The notes: generated from the sequence alone by a model not told the origin. Counted from the whole stretch's first letter, positions 12,790-24,560 are shown. The stretch is 63,897 nucleotides of DNA, filler included, from Octopus bimaculoides (GCF_001194135.2; 4 parts of 4 records of this genome joined end to end with filler, not necessarily neighbours in it), one strand, 5' to 3'. A program made the numbers and translations.

Positions 12790-13200
12790 ATTAAACTTTG
12801 GTCTTTGCTAGGTTTTCTTTGAAGCCTCTCAATTCTATGCTTTTTGCATCCAAATCTAGAATTTCCTCTTTAAATTTTCAACTAATTCAGGTATTAGAAC
12901 TACATCATCAAAAAGGAGTGGTGTTGAAAACTGAGTCCAGATGTAGACCAACTTTCAAGGTAAATTCCTCCCTGAACTCATTAACTCACAACTTGCTAAT
13001 GACACCTCTATACATGCGGAGTTCTCACACAAACCATTTATCTGACCCCAGTTTCCTTAGTGACATGGAACTCTCTGAAGCATCATTTCCGGGTCAACAA
13101 AAGCTAGGTGGAGTAGCTTATTCCTAGCTAAATATTTCTTGTGTACTTGTTTTACTAGGAAGACTGCATTGGTGGTTCTCTATCCTCTTGCTTAAACCCA
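12790..13200 (-). mobile_element. Decayed RTE RT fragment
   Basis: TTNAVFLVKQVHKKYLARNKLLHLAFVD...RKLGSDKWFV...MYRGVISK...KVGLH...NLAKTK. Confidence 0.75.
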
Positions 13201-13261
13201 AACTGCAAATCTAGGCTAATTCTCTTCTTAAGCATTCTGCTGTAATTCTTACAGTGACTTT

Positions 13262-13445
13262 GAGATATGGCTGTGCGGTAAGACGTTTGCTTCTCAACCA
13301 TGTGGTTTCAGATTCAGTCCCAGTGTGTGGCAGTTTGGGCAAGTGTCTTCTACTGTAGCCCTGGACCAACCAAAGCCTTGACTAGATTTGGTAGATGGAA
13401 ACTGAGACAAGTCCAGCATGGGTGTGTGTGTGTGTGTGTTTATGT
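13262..13445 (+). mobile_element. CORE-like SINE, 5' half
   Basis: Homologous to 5595-5770. Confidence 0.7.
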
Positions 13446-14007
13446 CTTTTTTTTCTTGACATTGTATGGCAGTTGTGATCACACAAACAGTGTTGTTTGT
13501 TTCCAGTTTTCCACAAAAACATGTCTGACCAAAGGGAAATATTACCTTATTTGGATGCAGATGAGGGAAGTGCAACAGGTTGTGGAAAATCTGTTTGCAA
13601 AGAATTTCTCCTCACCCTTGCAAACATGGAAAAGAGGATGTTAAAATGATTATGAAGATGACCTGTCGCCTCTCTAAATTACCACTATTGCCTTTGTAGC
13701 CAAGTTGATGATGACACTACCAATCCAGTCATAGGGTGAGCAATGAGTGAGCAGCTATACCACTGCTTAGAAGATGCAGATATGTTTTGGACACAACACA
13801 AAAAATATAACTGTATAATATACATCAACACATACATGGAAAAACAAAAGGCTCTAGAGAGCCTTTTAAGCATTAGGTGGAATTTATTTCACATGTATTC
13901 CTGCTACTAATCAACATAGTGTATCTGCCACACCTGATGCCTACCTGCTTGTGATCCCACTGCACCTCTCATGCATCCTTAGTTTACATTGGTTATACTG
14001 TATAGAG

Positions 14008-14394
14008 CGGTGGAGGTGCAATGGCCCAGTGGTTAGGGCAGCGGACTCGCGGTCATAGGATTGCGGTTTTGATTCCCAGACCGGGCGTTGTGAGTTTTTA
14101 TTGAGCGAAAACACCTAAAGCTCCACGAGGCTCCGGCAGGGGATGGTGGCGAACCCTGCTGTTCTCTTCCACCACAACTTTCTCTCACTCTTACTTCCTG
14201 TTTCTGTTGTGCCTGTAATTCAAAGGGTCAGCCTTGTCACACTGTGTCACGCTGAATATCCCCGAGAACTACGTTAAGGGTACACGTGTCTGTGGAATGC
14301 TCAGCCACTTGCACGTTAATTTCACGAGCAGGCTGTTCCGTTGATCGGATCAGCTGGAACCCTCGACATCGTAAGCGGCGTAGTGCCAACAAAA
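14008..14394 (+). mobile_element. SINE family A, 11-bp TSD
   Basis: TSD actgtatagag at 13997-14007 and 14395-14405. The empty site is present in the paralogous copy near 12695. Confidence 0.93.
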
Positions 14395-14611
14395 ACTGTA
14401 TAGAGTAGGTAATTCTTACCTACTCCTTTTCTGCATATTGGACATGGCCATTTTCCAAATAGTCACACCTTTGTTTTACTACACTGCACTATGTCTATAT
14501 CTGAAACATTTAATTCTTGCTATCTCAATTCATTTACTAAGAAATAGGTACCATGTTTAAAAAAAAATTTTCAGTTCCTTCATTCACTACAGCATTAAAT
14601 AATTAGCAAGG

Positions 14612-14796
14612 TGCAGATATGGCTATAAGGTTAAGAAGCTTGCTTCCCAACCATGTGGTTTTGGGTTCAGTCCCACTGCATGACACATTGGGCAAGTGTG
14701 TTTGAGTGTAGCCCCCAAACCTACCAACACCTTGTGAGTGAATTTGGTAGATGGAAACTGTGTGGTAGCCTGCCGTGTGTGTATGTCTGTGTGTGT
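14612..14796 (+). mobile_element. CORE-like SINE, 5' half
   Basis: Homologous to 5595-5770; ends in a (TG)-rich tract. Confidence 0.7.
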
Positions 14797-15540
14797 AAAG
14801 GGCCTTAGAGTTAATTTAGCAAAGACCAAAGCCTTGTTAAATAGGAAAACAGACAAATCACAAATATCTTCAGGGAGACGGCCCTACTCAATTGGTAGAA
14901 GTGTAGGGAGAAACTCCATATGGTATACTCAGTGCAAGCTATGGACCCATAAGAGGTGCAGTAGTATCACTGGAAGACTAGAAGAGAAAGTAGTCTTTAT
15001 ATGTGGCAGACGTGCAGATACTTTAAACACCAGGAATGAACAAAAAATAAACTCCCTCAAATGTCAGCGGGGATACTTAAAAGTAGTAGACAATTCCCAT
15101 TACTTAGGTGACTAAGTTTGTAATGGGTGAGGTTTTCCGAAAGCTGCTATCTCTGTTAGTGAAAGGCAGATTGTACGATGCCAGTGTATGAACAGCTATA
15201 CTACATGGCAGTGAGACATAGGCTGTGACTACTGAGGATATGCAAAGGCTTGAAAGAAATGAAGCCAGTATGCTCTGCTACATGGATAATGTCAGTGTGC
15301 ATATGCAACAGAGTGTAAGTGATTTGAGAGAAAAACTGGGTACATGAGGCATCAGATGTAGTGTGCAAGAGAGAGAACTGAGCTGATATGGTCATGCGAT
15401 GCATATGAATGATAACAGTTGCATTAGGGGAACGTGTGTAAGGGGTAGACCCAGGAAGACATTGGGACTCACAGAGGGGATGACAGGAGACCGAGATTCC
15501 TGGTGGTTTGCTGTGCTTGAAAAGACACATCAAGCTAAAT
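14797..15540 (+). mobile_element. Decayed RTE LINE 3' fragment
   Basis: KGLRVNLAKTK...TQCKLWTHKRCS...YLGD, then LHGSET and GRPRKT motifs. Homologous to 1-887. Confidence 0.88.
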
Positions 15541-15639
15541 AAAAGCCTGGTTGTCCTTGCATACAGGCTTGTCCCCTACATCCCTCTCTAGCTGAGTGTT
15601 GTTAATCCTGAGGGCTCGTGGGTGCTGGTCCCACATAAA

Positions 15640-16150
15640 AAACACCCATACCAGTGCCACATAAATGCATCTATGCTGGTGGTGTATGAAAGCACCCAGT
15701 ACACTCTTAAGTGGTTGGTGTTGTAGAAATCATGCCGAAACATGGAACCTGTCCAGCTTTGGTCAAGCCATCCAACCCATACCAGCATAGAAAACTAACG
15801 ATAAATGATGATGGTCATATATATCACAAAATGCTAAACCTTACAAAGGAAATGACAGAGGACCAAGATATGTGGAGCACTGCTGTACTCAAGAAGATCT
15901 GACCACTACAACAGAATTGAGATCCTAAAACTAAGGTGTCACATAAAAAGCATCGGTGTGGGTGCTGGTGTCATATAAAAAGCATCAGCACCCACTCTGT
16001 AAGGTGGTTGGCATTAGGAAGGACATCCAGCTATAGAAACCAAACCAAAACACACTATGGAACCTAGTGTAGCCCCTGGCCTTGCCAGTTCCTGTCAAGC
16101 CATCTAACCCATGCTAGCATGGAAAACAGTCATTGAATGTTGATGATGAT
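15640..16150 (+). mobile_element. Two RTE 3'-end-derived (GAT)-tailed repeats
   Basis: Similar to 1300-1470 at about 15640-15815 and 15945-16150. Confidence 0.65.
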
Positions 16151-16369
16151 AGATTTATAGATGTATGTATCTATTTATGTGTATCTGTATGTATATCTCA
16201 AGTATGAATGTGTTTATCGTTATCCCTACCTCTATATCAGATCACCTTTGTTTCTCTTATAGCAACTCTTGATGCCATAGACCTATTCCTAGGTGAAGAA
16301 TTCAATGTTCAAGTTCAAATTCATTTGAGCACTACAACCTGTTTGCTATACGGAGCATATTTAGCTCTC

Positions 16370-17025
16370 ACCTTTGTGTGTGTCAGTGTCTGTGTGTGTC
16401 TTTATGTCTGTTTTTTTCCACCACCGCTTGACAACCAATGCTGGTTTGTCTATGTCCTTGTAACCTAATGTGGAGGTACAATGGCCTAGTGGTTAGGGCA
16501 GTGGACTCGCAGTCATAGGATCACGGTTTCGATTCCCAGACCGGGTGTTGCGAGTGTGTATTGAGCGAAAACACCTAAAGCTCCACGAGGCTCCTGCAGG
16601 GGGGGGGGCGGTGGCGAACCCTGCTGTACTCTTTCACCACAACTTTCTCTCACTCTTACTTCCTGTTTCTGTTGTACCTGTATTTCAAAGGGCCAGCCTT
16701 GTCACTCTGTGTCACGCTGAATCTCCTCCGAGAACTACGTTAAGGGTACACATGTCTGTGGAGTGCTCAGCCACTTGCACATTAATTTCACAAGCAGGCT
16801 GTTCCGTTGATCAGATCAACTGGAACCCTCGACGTCGTAACCGATGGAGTGCCAACCAATGTAACCTAATGGTTTGGCAAAAAAAAAATAAATAAAAGAT
16901 AGAACAAGTATCAGACATACACTTGCTAAACAAAATAAGTACAGGGATTGACTTGTTTGACTAAAATCCTTCAAGGTGGTGCCCCAGCATGGCCACAGTC
17001 TAATGACAGAAACTAAGTCAAAGAT
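16370..17025 (+). mobile_element. CORE-like SINE 3' half interrupted by a SINE A copy
   Basis: Sequence continues across the insertion: ...tatgtccttgtaacctaat|insert|ggtttggcaaaa...ggtgccccagcatggccacagtc. Confidence 0.75.
16470..16859 (+). mobile_element. SINE family A, 11-bp TSD
   Basis: TSD tgtaacctaat at 16459-16469 and 16860-16870 (12 bp if the ambiguous G is counted). Confidence 0.92.
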
Positions 17026-17944
17026 AAATGTTTCATTAGTTTGCATTACTAAGTACAAATCCTAGAACTTAGAGAGGGATGGGCTCTGTTAGGTTGATTT
17101 GCATAGACATATATGATGTAAAAAGTCAAACAACTCGTCTATGTTTTACATGGCTGTGTGTGTGTGTGTGTGTGTGCGCACATGTAAATGTGTCTGCTGT
17201 TTCTTGTATATGCAACTAGTTTTTCCTTTTCCTTTTTTTTTTTATTAAAATGAACCTAATAAATTCAATACTAAGTGTGTATATGTATCAATACATATAA
17301 CTTCAACATTTTTTTTTTCATCAATTCTCATTTTCACATATATATCTACAAGACATTTTAATGTTTATAAAGTAGCTTGGATATAAAAAGAAATTGTCAA
17401 TTGAAAACATGAAAAAAAATAACAGTTTTCTAATAAATAAACAAACATGAAACGATCTCATTTAGAACCATTATATATTTGTACCAATAACATGTTGAAA
17501 GCCATCATCTCTTGTTTGTTATTCAGTTTGTTGTTGTTTTTTTTTATATATTTTATCATTAATACTATGTTATGTACCAGGTAGCTTTATCACTCAACAC
17601 TAAGTATTAAAATTATTTTGAAAAGTGTTAGGTTTTTTTGTTTTATTATTATTATTATTGCTGTTGTTGTTTTTATTATTTTTGTTATTTTTTTTTTATG
17701 AATAATTCTTTAACTTAAAAAGGCTTTTCTGCAGTGGAGGAATGTAGAGAAAAGCTAATGGGTTTTTATCTGATTAGTAGAGTGTACAGTAGTTTTGTAA
17801 ACTTGTACCATATTATATGCTAATTGCATAATCATCATGAATATTGATTGCCTCTTGCACAGTACCACCGTTTTATGCTACCAGAACGACAGTTTGACCA
17901 TAGTCAATTGACTTTGCTAAATTCTTTAGCAATTCTTCTTAAAA

Positions 17945-18260
17945 GGAAAGGGTGACAGGCAAGGTGTGAGCTCATTGAGGTTGGGATGTAGAGGGTTTGC
18001 AGGCCAGTCCCTCTACTAAGCTTACAACATGCTTGGCATCATAGGTTGCTTGTGGAAGCAGCAAAAGCTGCTTCGAGGTAGTTATGGATCAGGCGAAGGC
18101 GCTGGAAAGAGCAGTGCTACAAGACTTAGAGCTAATTGGACACAAGCTGGGGTTTGAACAAACTCTGACTGGGTCACTTGGGAGAAGGGGTCTTTCAACA
18201 TAAGAAACACATAATGATCCGAGAAAACATCACTGATTATGCATCCAGATGTGTAGGAAA
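17945..18260 (+). mobile_element. HERO/NeSL-like (R2 superfamily) non-LTR element, 3' end
   Basis: KG*QARCELIEV(G)CRGFAGQSLY*AYNMLGIIG...AAKAASR*LWIRR resembles the HERO C-terminus (EVGCRGFAGQSL...AAEKASRWLW), followed by a plausible 3' UTR. Recalled similarity, not a database hit. Confidence 0.65.
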
Positions 18261-18884
18261 ATGTTATCAACCTTGATAGGAAATTTGGTGTTGCAGAGAG
18301 TCTAACCTGGTTTTCTTTTTTATTCTACATGCTATCTACAACCTCCTCTTCATTGACAATTGCCATGTTAGGGTGGTGGATTGGCAAAAAAGATATAGCA
18401 TCAAATGAAATGTCTCATGATGTTTGTTCAAATCCAGTTGAGGTTAACTTTCCTTTTCATCCAAGGGTGATGGTGATAAATTAAAGTACCAGCCATGTAT
18501 TGGGGGTTGATTTGAATTTGAGTAAACTCACTTCTTAATTTCTGACCTTGTGTCCATGTTAGAAACAACTGATGGATTGGCAGAATCAAGTTCTGAGTTC
18601 AAATCCTGTCGAAGTCAATAAAATAAAGTACAGCCAAGCAAATGGGAGAAACAATGACAACTAAACTGCACCCACCACTTAAAAATTTCTGACCTTGTGC
18701 CTAAATTAGAAATGATTATTAAGTTCTTACATGGTGACAAGGTCTCAAATATGGCGCAATAATTGATTATATAGATTTCCCATCCAGTACTTTAGTGATA
18801 ATCAGTACCAGTCAAATACTGAGGACTGTTCCCTTCTTTTAACTTTGAGGCCTGTGGTCCTATGTTAGACATCAGTATTATTTC

Positions 18885-19262
18885 AACAAGCGCACTCAGA
18901 GAGCGCAAACCTCCTCCAAGGTAACACCAATGTCCTCTCAACGATTAGCCGGAGATGATTTTTAAAATGAGAATATCTGAAATAAACTTGACTGCTCTCA
19001 CAAACAAGAATATTAAAAATGAACTTGACTGTTCTCAAAACTTAAATTTTAAAAAAAACGGAAAAATAATCCAGAATCCTTGTCTGGTACCAGATCAATC
19101 CCAAAATCTAAGCAGTTCATATCAGTCACAAGGCCAAACATCCCTGAAAGTTTCATCCAAATCCATTCAGCAGTTCTCGAGATATCTTGTCCACGGACAA
19201 GCAAACAAACAAACATGACTGAAAACAATACCTCTGCCTTAATGGAGGCAGAGGTATTGTGC
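18885..19262 (+). mobile_element. HINE/DINE-1-like non-autonomous Helentron-type element
   Basis: Starts aacaag after a T-run, has (AAAC)n near the 3' end and a perfect 14-bp terminal stem-loop acaatacctctgcc/ggcagaggtattgt (19225-19260). Confidence 0.6.
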
Positions 19263-19975
19263 AGAGGCACAAGGCCAGAAATTTAGGATGGAGTAAGACC
19301 AGTCAGTTATACTGACAGGTATTTTATTATTATTGTTGAGCATATCAATGTGATCATTGTAGTAGGCTTCTGCTGAAAGGTCTATTTCATCTTGACTAGG
19401 TCGTTACCCAGCAGCATAGTGATGGGTAAAAACTAGTAATAATAATAATTCCTTCTACAATAGGCACAGGGTCTGAAATGTTTGTGGGGACAAGGCTAGT
19501 CAGTTACATCAACTAGTACTTATTTTATCAACCTCCAAAATGATGAAAGGCAAATTCAACCTTGGCAGAATCTAATGATTTTCCAGCTTGCTGCATTCGT
19601 TTAACATCCATTTTCCCCATGTAGGCATGGGTTGGATGGTTTGACAGGAGCTGGTATATATATATACACATTATGACACATAGATGGCTGTAGTAATATT
19701 TTAATTGTAGATTTCAATTTGCTATATAATGTGTGGCATTGTGCTAAAGTACAAAATCAGTATTATTGAATCACCATCATCATTTCATGTCCACTTTTTC
19801 ATATTTATATGGGTCAGATAGAATTTGTGACAGCAAATTTTCTTCGTTTGGATGCCTTTCCTGTCACCAGCCCTCACCTGTTTCCAAGCAAAGTAATATT
19901 TCCCTATGACCAGACATAGTTTTCAAAGATGACTCGGAACAAAATATTGCTTTTTACAACAGTCATGCTCATTAA

Positions 19976-20197
19976 CTCTTTTGATACCAACCCACCTGAA
20001 ACCGCCTCTGGCTCTGTTGTACAAATGTCTTGTTTTCAAAAGTTCTGAATTAAAATCTTCCACCAAACCTTAGTCACAATTTATGTTCCTAACATTTGTT
20101 TAATGATAACTAAGTTATTTTACTAAATTCTTTGTTATATTTAAAATTAATTGAAAGAAACACAGGGCATCTCCACAGAAATATGGTAACAAGAGGG
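19976..20197. mobile_element. piggyBac-type MITE (TTAA-flanked)
   Basis: ttaa|ctcttttgatacc...ggtaacaagaggg|ttaa; same family as 56691-56909 and 63580-63802. Confidence 0.8.
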
Positions 20198-20235
20198 TTA
20201 ATAGCTGTCACATAATGTCAGGACAAAGATGGGTA

Positions 20236-20279
<44 letters not shown>

Positions 20280-20486
20280 AGGCTTCTTTTAGTTTTTGTC
20301 TTCTAAATTTACTCACAAGGTTTGGGGTTGGCCTGGGGCTCATTAACATCATTGAACCAATGTGAATTAATCTGGTAATTTGCATTGTTATCTATATATT
20401 ATGAACATTTACTACTGTATTGTGACAGAATATGTCAAAACATGACTAAATAACTTCCACCAACAATGTTCCTCTTTCTTTTTCAG

Positions 20487-20645
20487 GAACTGGAAGAAAC
20501 GATTCGATCACTGAAGGTACAAGTGTCAGCCCTCCAAAAACGCGTTACTTTATTACAAAACGACCGTCGAGAAACAATTAAAGGATTCTACAGTCCAAGT
20601 TACTCTTATCCAGAACCAACATACAGACCAATAGCTTCACCTTAA
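20487..20645 (+). CDS. Terminal coding exon of an unidentified coiled-coil protein gene
   Basis: Strong acceptor cctctttctttttcag|GAA; reads ELEETIRSLKVQVSALQKRVTLLQNDRRETIKGFYSPSYSYPEPTYRPIASP*, with a heptad-like first half; AATAAA follows at 20704. Confidence 0.75.
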   Translation, partial: ELEETIRSLKVQVSALQKRVTLLQNDRRETIKGFYSPSYSYPEPTYRPIASP

Positions 20646-20703
20646 TTTTGACTCAACACTTGCAGAAACAAAACACATTTTCAACATTTCTTCCATATAT
20701 ATA

Positions 20704-20709
20704 AATAAA
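20704..20709 (+). terminator. Candidate polyadenylation signal AATAAA
   Basis: About 60 nt after the stop codon, followed by U-rich sequence. Confidence 0.5.
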
Positions 20710-20819
20710 AACAGAAAAAAAAAATGCAACAAAATGTTTGATTTCTGTTTATTTATTGGTGGGAAGATTTCATTTTGTTTCTTTTTCATGAACGCTACCC
20801 TTTATCATCATCATCGGCA

Positions 20820-20990
20820 TGCTGGGCAAAATGCTTAGCGGCATTATGTCTGTCTTTACATTTTTAGTTCAAATACCACCAGGGTTGACTTTGCCTTTCA
20901 TCGTTTCGGGGGTCAATAAAATAAGTACCAGTTGAATACTAGGTTTAATGTAATCAACTTAACCCCTCCCTCGAAATTGCTGGTTCTTTC
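20820..20990 (+). mobile_element. SINE family C
   Basis: Homologous to 7706-7925. Confidence 0.7.
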
Positions 20991-21059
20991 CCAACTGTCC
21001 AACTAATGCCAGCATAGAAGACAGACAGACATTAAGAGATGATGCTAATTGTAATGGAA

Positions 21060-21600
21060 ATCGTCAACATTTAACATTTGTTTTCCATGATGGCTTGACA
21101 GGAGTTAGGAAGACCAGGGACCACACAAGATACCATAGTCTGTTTTGGCTTGGTTTCTACAGCTGGATGCCCTTCCTAATATCAACCACTTTACAGAGTG
21201 TACTGACTGGGTGCTTTTTACCACAAAATGTTTCAGGAGTCAAGAGATATTACACCAGTGTGAATCCAATACAAAAACTTTTATAAACAACATCCAAAAT
21301 CTGGATCTATATGTGTGGATCATACATTTCAACCCAAAATTTTGGTCTATTTTCAACAACTTTGTTTTCATTATCTAATATATCATCATCTTCATCATTA
21401 TTATTTAAAGCCTATCTTCCAGACAGGTTGGATAGTTCAAGATCTGATGAGCCAGGGGGCTACATTGAGCTCCACTCTCTACTTGGTATGTTTTCTATGG
21501 CTCAATGCCCTTCATAATGCCAACCACTTTACAGAGTGTACTAGATGCTTTTTTTTTCCATGGCACCAGCACAAGTGAGGTGACCAAGTAACTTGAAAGA
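21060..21600 (-). mobile_element. Two RTE 3'-end-derived repeats
   Basis: ggtttctacagctggatgcccttcctaat... at about 21150 and a homologue at about 21490. Confidence 0.65.
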
Positions 21601-22423
21601 CAAGACCCCACTCAACTGAGGGAAAGAGTGCAGTCAGGTATTGAGGAGCTAAAGTATACTAGGACAGGATTGTGTGTCATGCTGTAGACGAGATACATGG
21701 CTACCCCTGGTGGGAAAAAAATGATAATAGTAATGAGGTCTCAGTGGAAACCCTCAAAATACAAGAAAATGAACATAAAGAGAGAATAGGGACATTGTCA
21801 CATTCTGATTCACAATGCAGCTATTTTAGAATTTGCAGGAAATAAGTTTACTTTCCAAACCCTTAATGCAGACCAATTACAATGTTTACCCCTAGAAAGT
21901 ATGAAAAATTACTAATATTTTCTTCAAACTTTGCTTTTGTTACATTTATTCAAACTCCAAAGAATCCTTCTCAACATACGACTATAATGGTCCCCCACTG
22001 CTCCTGCTCATGATCAGAGATGCACATATTGTCAGCCACTAAGGGACGTGCTGAGCTGGTTAAGGTCAAGCAAATCTGTGGTATTGAGCAGAATATTTGC
22101 TATAATGATATTCCCGCTTCAACAACTCAGCACTGAATCTGTCTGAAATGTGATGGAAAATAGGTCAGTTTCAAAACATTGATGTCCAGGTCACAAAAAC
22201 TAAGTTTGAAGGGAGCTGTGGTCATTTCCTTTGATTTCTAGATTGAAGCAAATAGGAAATAACTCCTACGGGTGATTATCAAATTCTACATAGAAATTTT
22301 CCACCCAATATTCATGCAGTGTTTGCATAGTGAATAAATCCGCTCTTGTTTGTTCAGACATGTACTTTATATAAAGATACTTTCCAAATACTTCTGAAGT
22401 GCAGATTCCAGGGTAGGTAAGTA

Positions 22424-22623
22424 AAATATAAATGAATAACAAAGATGTATAAGTTTCAATTCATTACGGCCGTTTCAAGCAACCCTTTTAATTGATCAAC
22501 GAAAGCATTACATCATTACAGAATGGTTTTCTTTGTAATGATGTAATGCTTTCATTGATCAATTAAGGGAGTCACTTGAAACAGCCACAATGAATTGAAA
22601 TTTATATGTCTTTGTTACTCATT

Positions 22624-22629
<6 letters not shown>
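22424..22629. repeat. Fold-back inverted repeat, ~97-bp arms, 13-nt loop
   Basis: Inner 20 bp perfect (gaaagcattacatcattaca/tgtaatgatgtaatgctttc); outer arms about 85-90% complementary. Confidence 0.9.
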
Positions 22630-22666
<37 letters not shown>

Positions 22667-22906
22667 TTAAACAATAGGGTAAAAAATTGGATATTAATTA
22701 ATATCAATTTAATACCAGAGAACAAGCACATTAAAAGAATCAGGGAGTTTCAGAAAAAATATCTGAGATCTCAAAGGATTATTGTATATGTATATATAAA
22801 AATATATATAAAGGAGGCCACTATACACACACACAGGTGAGCACATAAGTGCAAAACAAGGTGGTAAAAATAGTACTTGAATACCAAAGGTAGAGTAATA
22901 TGTATT

Positions 22907-23001
22907 TATTAAAGCTGCAAAATTATCACATCACAACTGTCCAATGAAGGGGAACATGAAACTCTGAGTAACAGTTTTGTGATAATTTTGCAGCGTTAAT
23001 A
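22907..23001 (+). ncRNA. Penelope-type minimal hammerhead ribozyme relic within a 24-bp inverted repeat
   Basis: Stem I aactgt (22935-40) / acagtt (22971-76); core CCAAUGA (22941-47; consensus CUGAUGA); GAAA (22958-61); palindromic stem III ACUCUGAGU; GUA cleavage triplet. Confidence 0.55.
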
Positions 23002-23734
23002 AAAATATATATTATTTCACTGTTAGGTGTTCAGTAATTAGTTTGTGTTTTGGGTTTGGAAGGTAAATCCATATATATTAAATGAAGAAAAGGGGACAAA
23101 TCTATAATTGGGACGTTTAATTCAGAAAATCAATCTGAAAATGGTTACAAAGCATTCCTGTAATTTTCAAAGTTTTTAAAACTGAAAAGACTGTTAAAAG
23201 AAAATAATGCTTAATAACTAACTGATGTACACTTAGTTTCTTTTTCAGCATAAAAACAGTATGGCCATCCGTATACATAGTAAAAAAAGACAGAATTTAG
23301 AGAAAATTGCTAGATGAGGATATAAACTATTCTATTTCTTTGTTGTTGCATCAATTGTTGCAGAGTTGGAAATTGGAAACAATGCCTCAATCCCATTAAT
23401 TAGAATCTTCATTACATACTCTAATGAACAAGTATTACTTAAAAATATATTTTTAATGGAAATGTAAAGAATTTAGAAAAAAATAAAACTGATTACAGGA
23501 CGAAGTTTAATTACAAAATAGTTGGAGATTATCCAAACAGAGAGTTGCTCATCGAAATGTGAAAGAAAATGTAAAATTGCTTGAGTGGAAAAAACATGCA
23601 TTGTAATAACCTGAAAGTTATTATAAATGCAGTAAGTACAAGACAGCCTGACTAAGCTGAAAGTTGTAGGAATATTTCAATTTGGTATAGCCATGTCTTT
23701 GAGTCAAACAGCAAAAACAATTTTAATAAGTGCA

Positions 23735-24425
23735 GCCATGGCTGGGTGTTTAAGCTTGTTTTGCAACCAGATAATTTTAGGTTCAATTCCACTCCATGAC
23801 ACTTTGGGTTAATGTCTGTAATATAGCTCCATGCCAACCAATGTCTTGTGAGAAAACTGTGTGGAAGCCCATTACATCATCATCGTTTAATGTCTGTTTT
23901 CCATGCTGGCATGGGCTGGACAGTTAATGGCAAATCACAGGGCGACTAAGAGCTCCAATGTTAGTTTTGGTTTGGTTTGGTTTCTAATGCTGGATGCCCT
24001 TCTTTGTTCCAACCACTTTACAGTGTGTACTGGGTATTTTTCTTGTGCCACCAGCACCAGTGAGGTCACCAAGTAACTCACAAGACAGAAAAAGGAAAAG
24101 AACTCCCACTACAAAGTGGGGATGAATACTCAAGGATGGGGTATTGAGACACTGAAGTACGAGAGAGGGACAGACATAGGTGACTTGCTATAGAGGGAGG
24201 TACATGGTTACTTCAGGGGTGGGTCAGAGTAGTTGGGATGGAGATATATCATCATCATCATTTAACATCAGTTTTTCATACTGGCATGGGTTAGACAGTT
24301 TGACGTAAGCTGGTAAGCTGCACCAGGCTCCAGTCATGTTTTGGCTTGGTTTCTATGGGTGCATGTCCTTCCTAATGCCAACCACTTTACAGAGTGTACC
24401 AGGTATCTTTTAAGTGTCATCAACA
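23735..24425. mobile_element. SINE cluster: CORE-like 5' half (+) and two RTE-3'-derived repeats (-)
   Basis: Homology to 5595-5770 and to 1300-1470. Confidence 0.65.
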
Positions 24426-24527
24426 TGGCGCATATATATATATATATACATCACTCACACACACAGAGAAGGGATAAGTCTTAACAAAAACTGTATTAGT
24501 CTGATGCTTAAAAAAGAGAATGAGCCT

Positions 24528-24560
24528 GAATGTTTTGGACACTAGTCCTTCATCAGAAGA
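24528..24560 (-). ncRNA. Hammerhead ribozyme core relic
   Basis: Minus strand reads CUGAUGA-A-GGAC(UAGU)GUCC-AAAA-CAUU, which equals GAAACGUU with both CpGs changed to CpA. Confidence 0.45.

Noticed and set aside
22359-22417. cag|59 nt|gtaagt exon candidate
   Set aside because: It lies downstream of the + gene polyA signal with no partner exons, and the peptide is unrecognisable.
23080-23650. Coding-looking A-rich stretches (also 37040-37560 and 40200-40800)
   Set aside because: All frames are interrupted and I recognise no motif; possibly old transposons, but unsupported.
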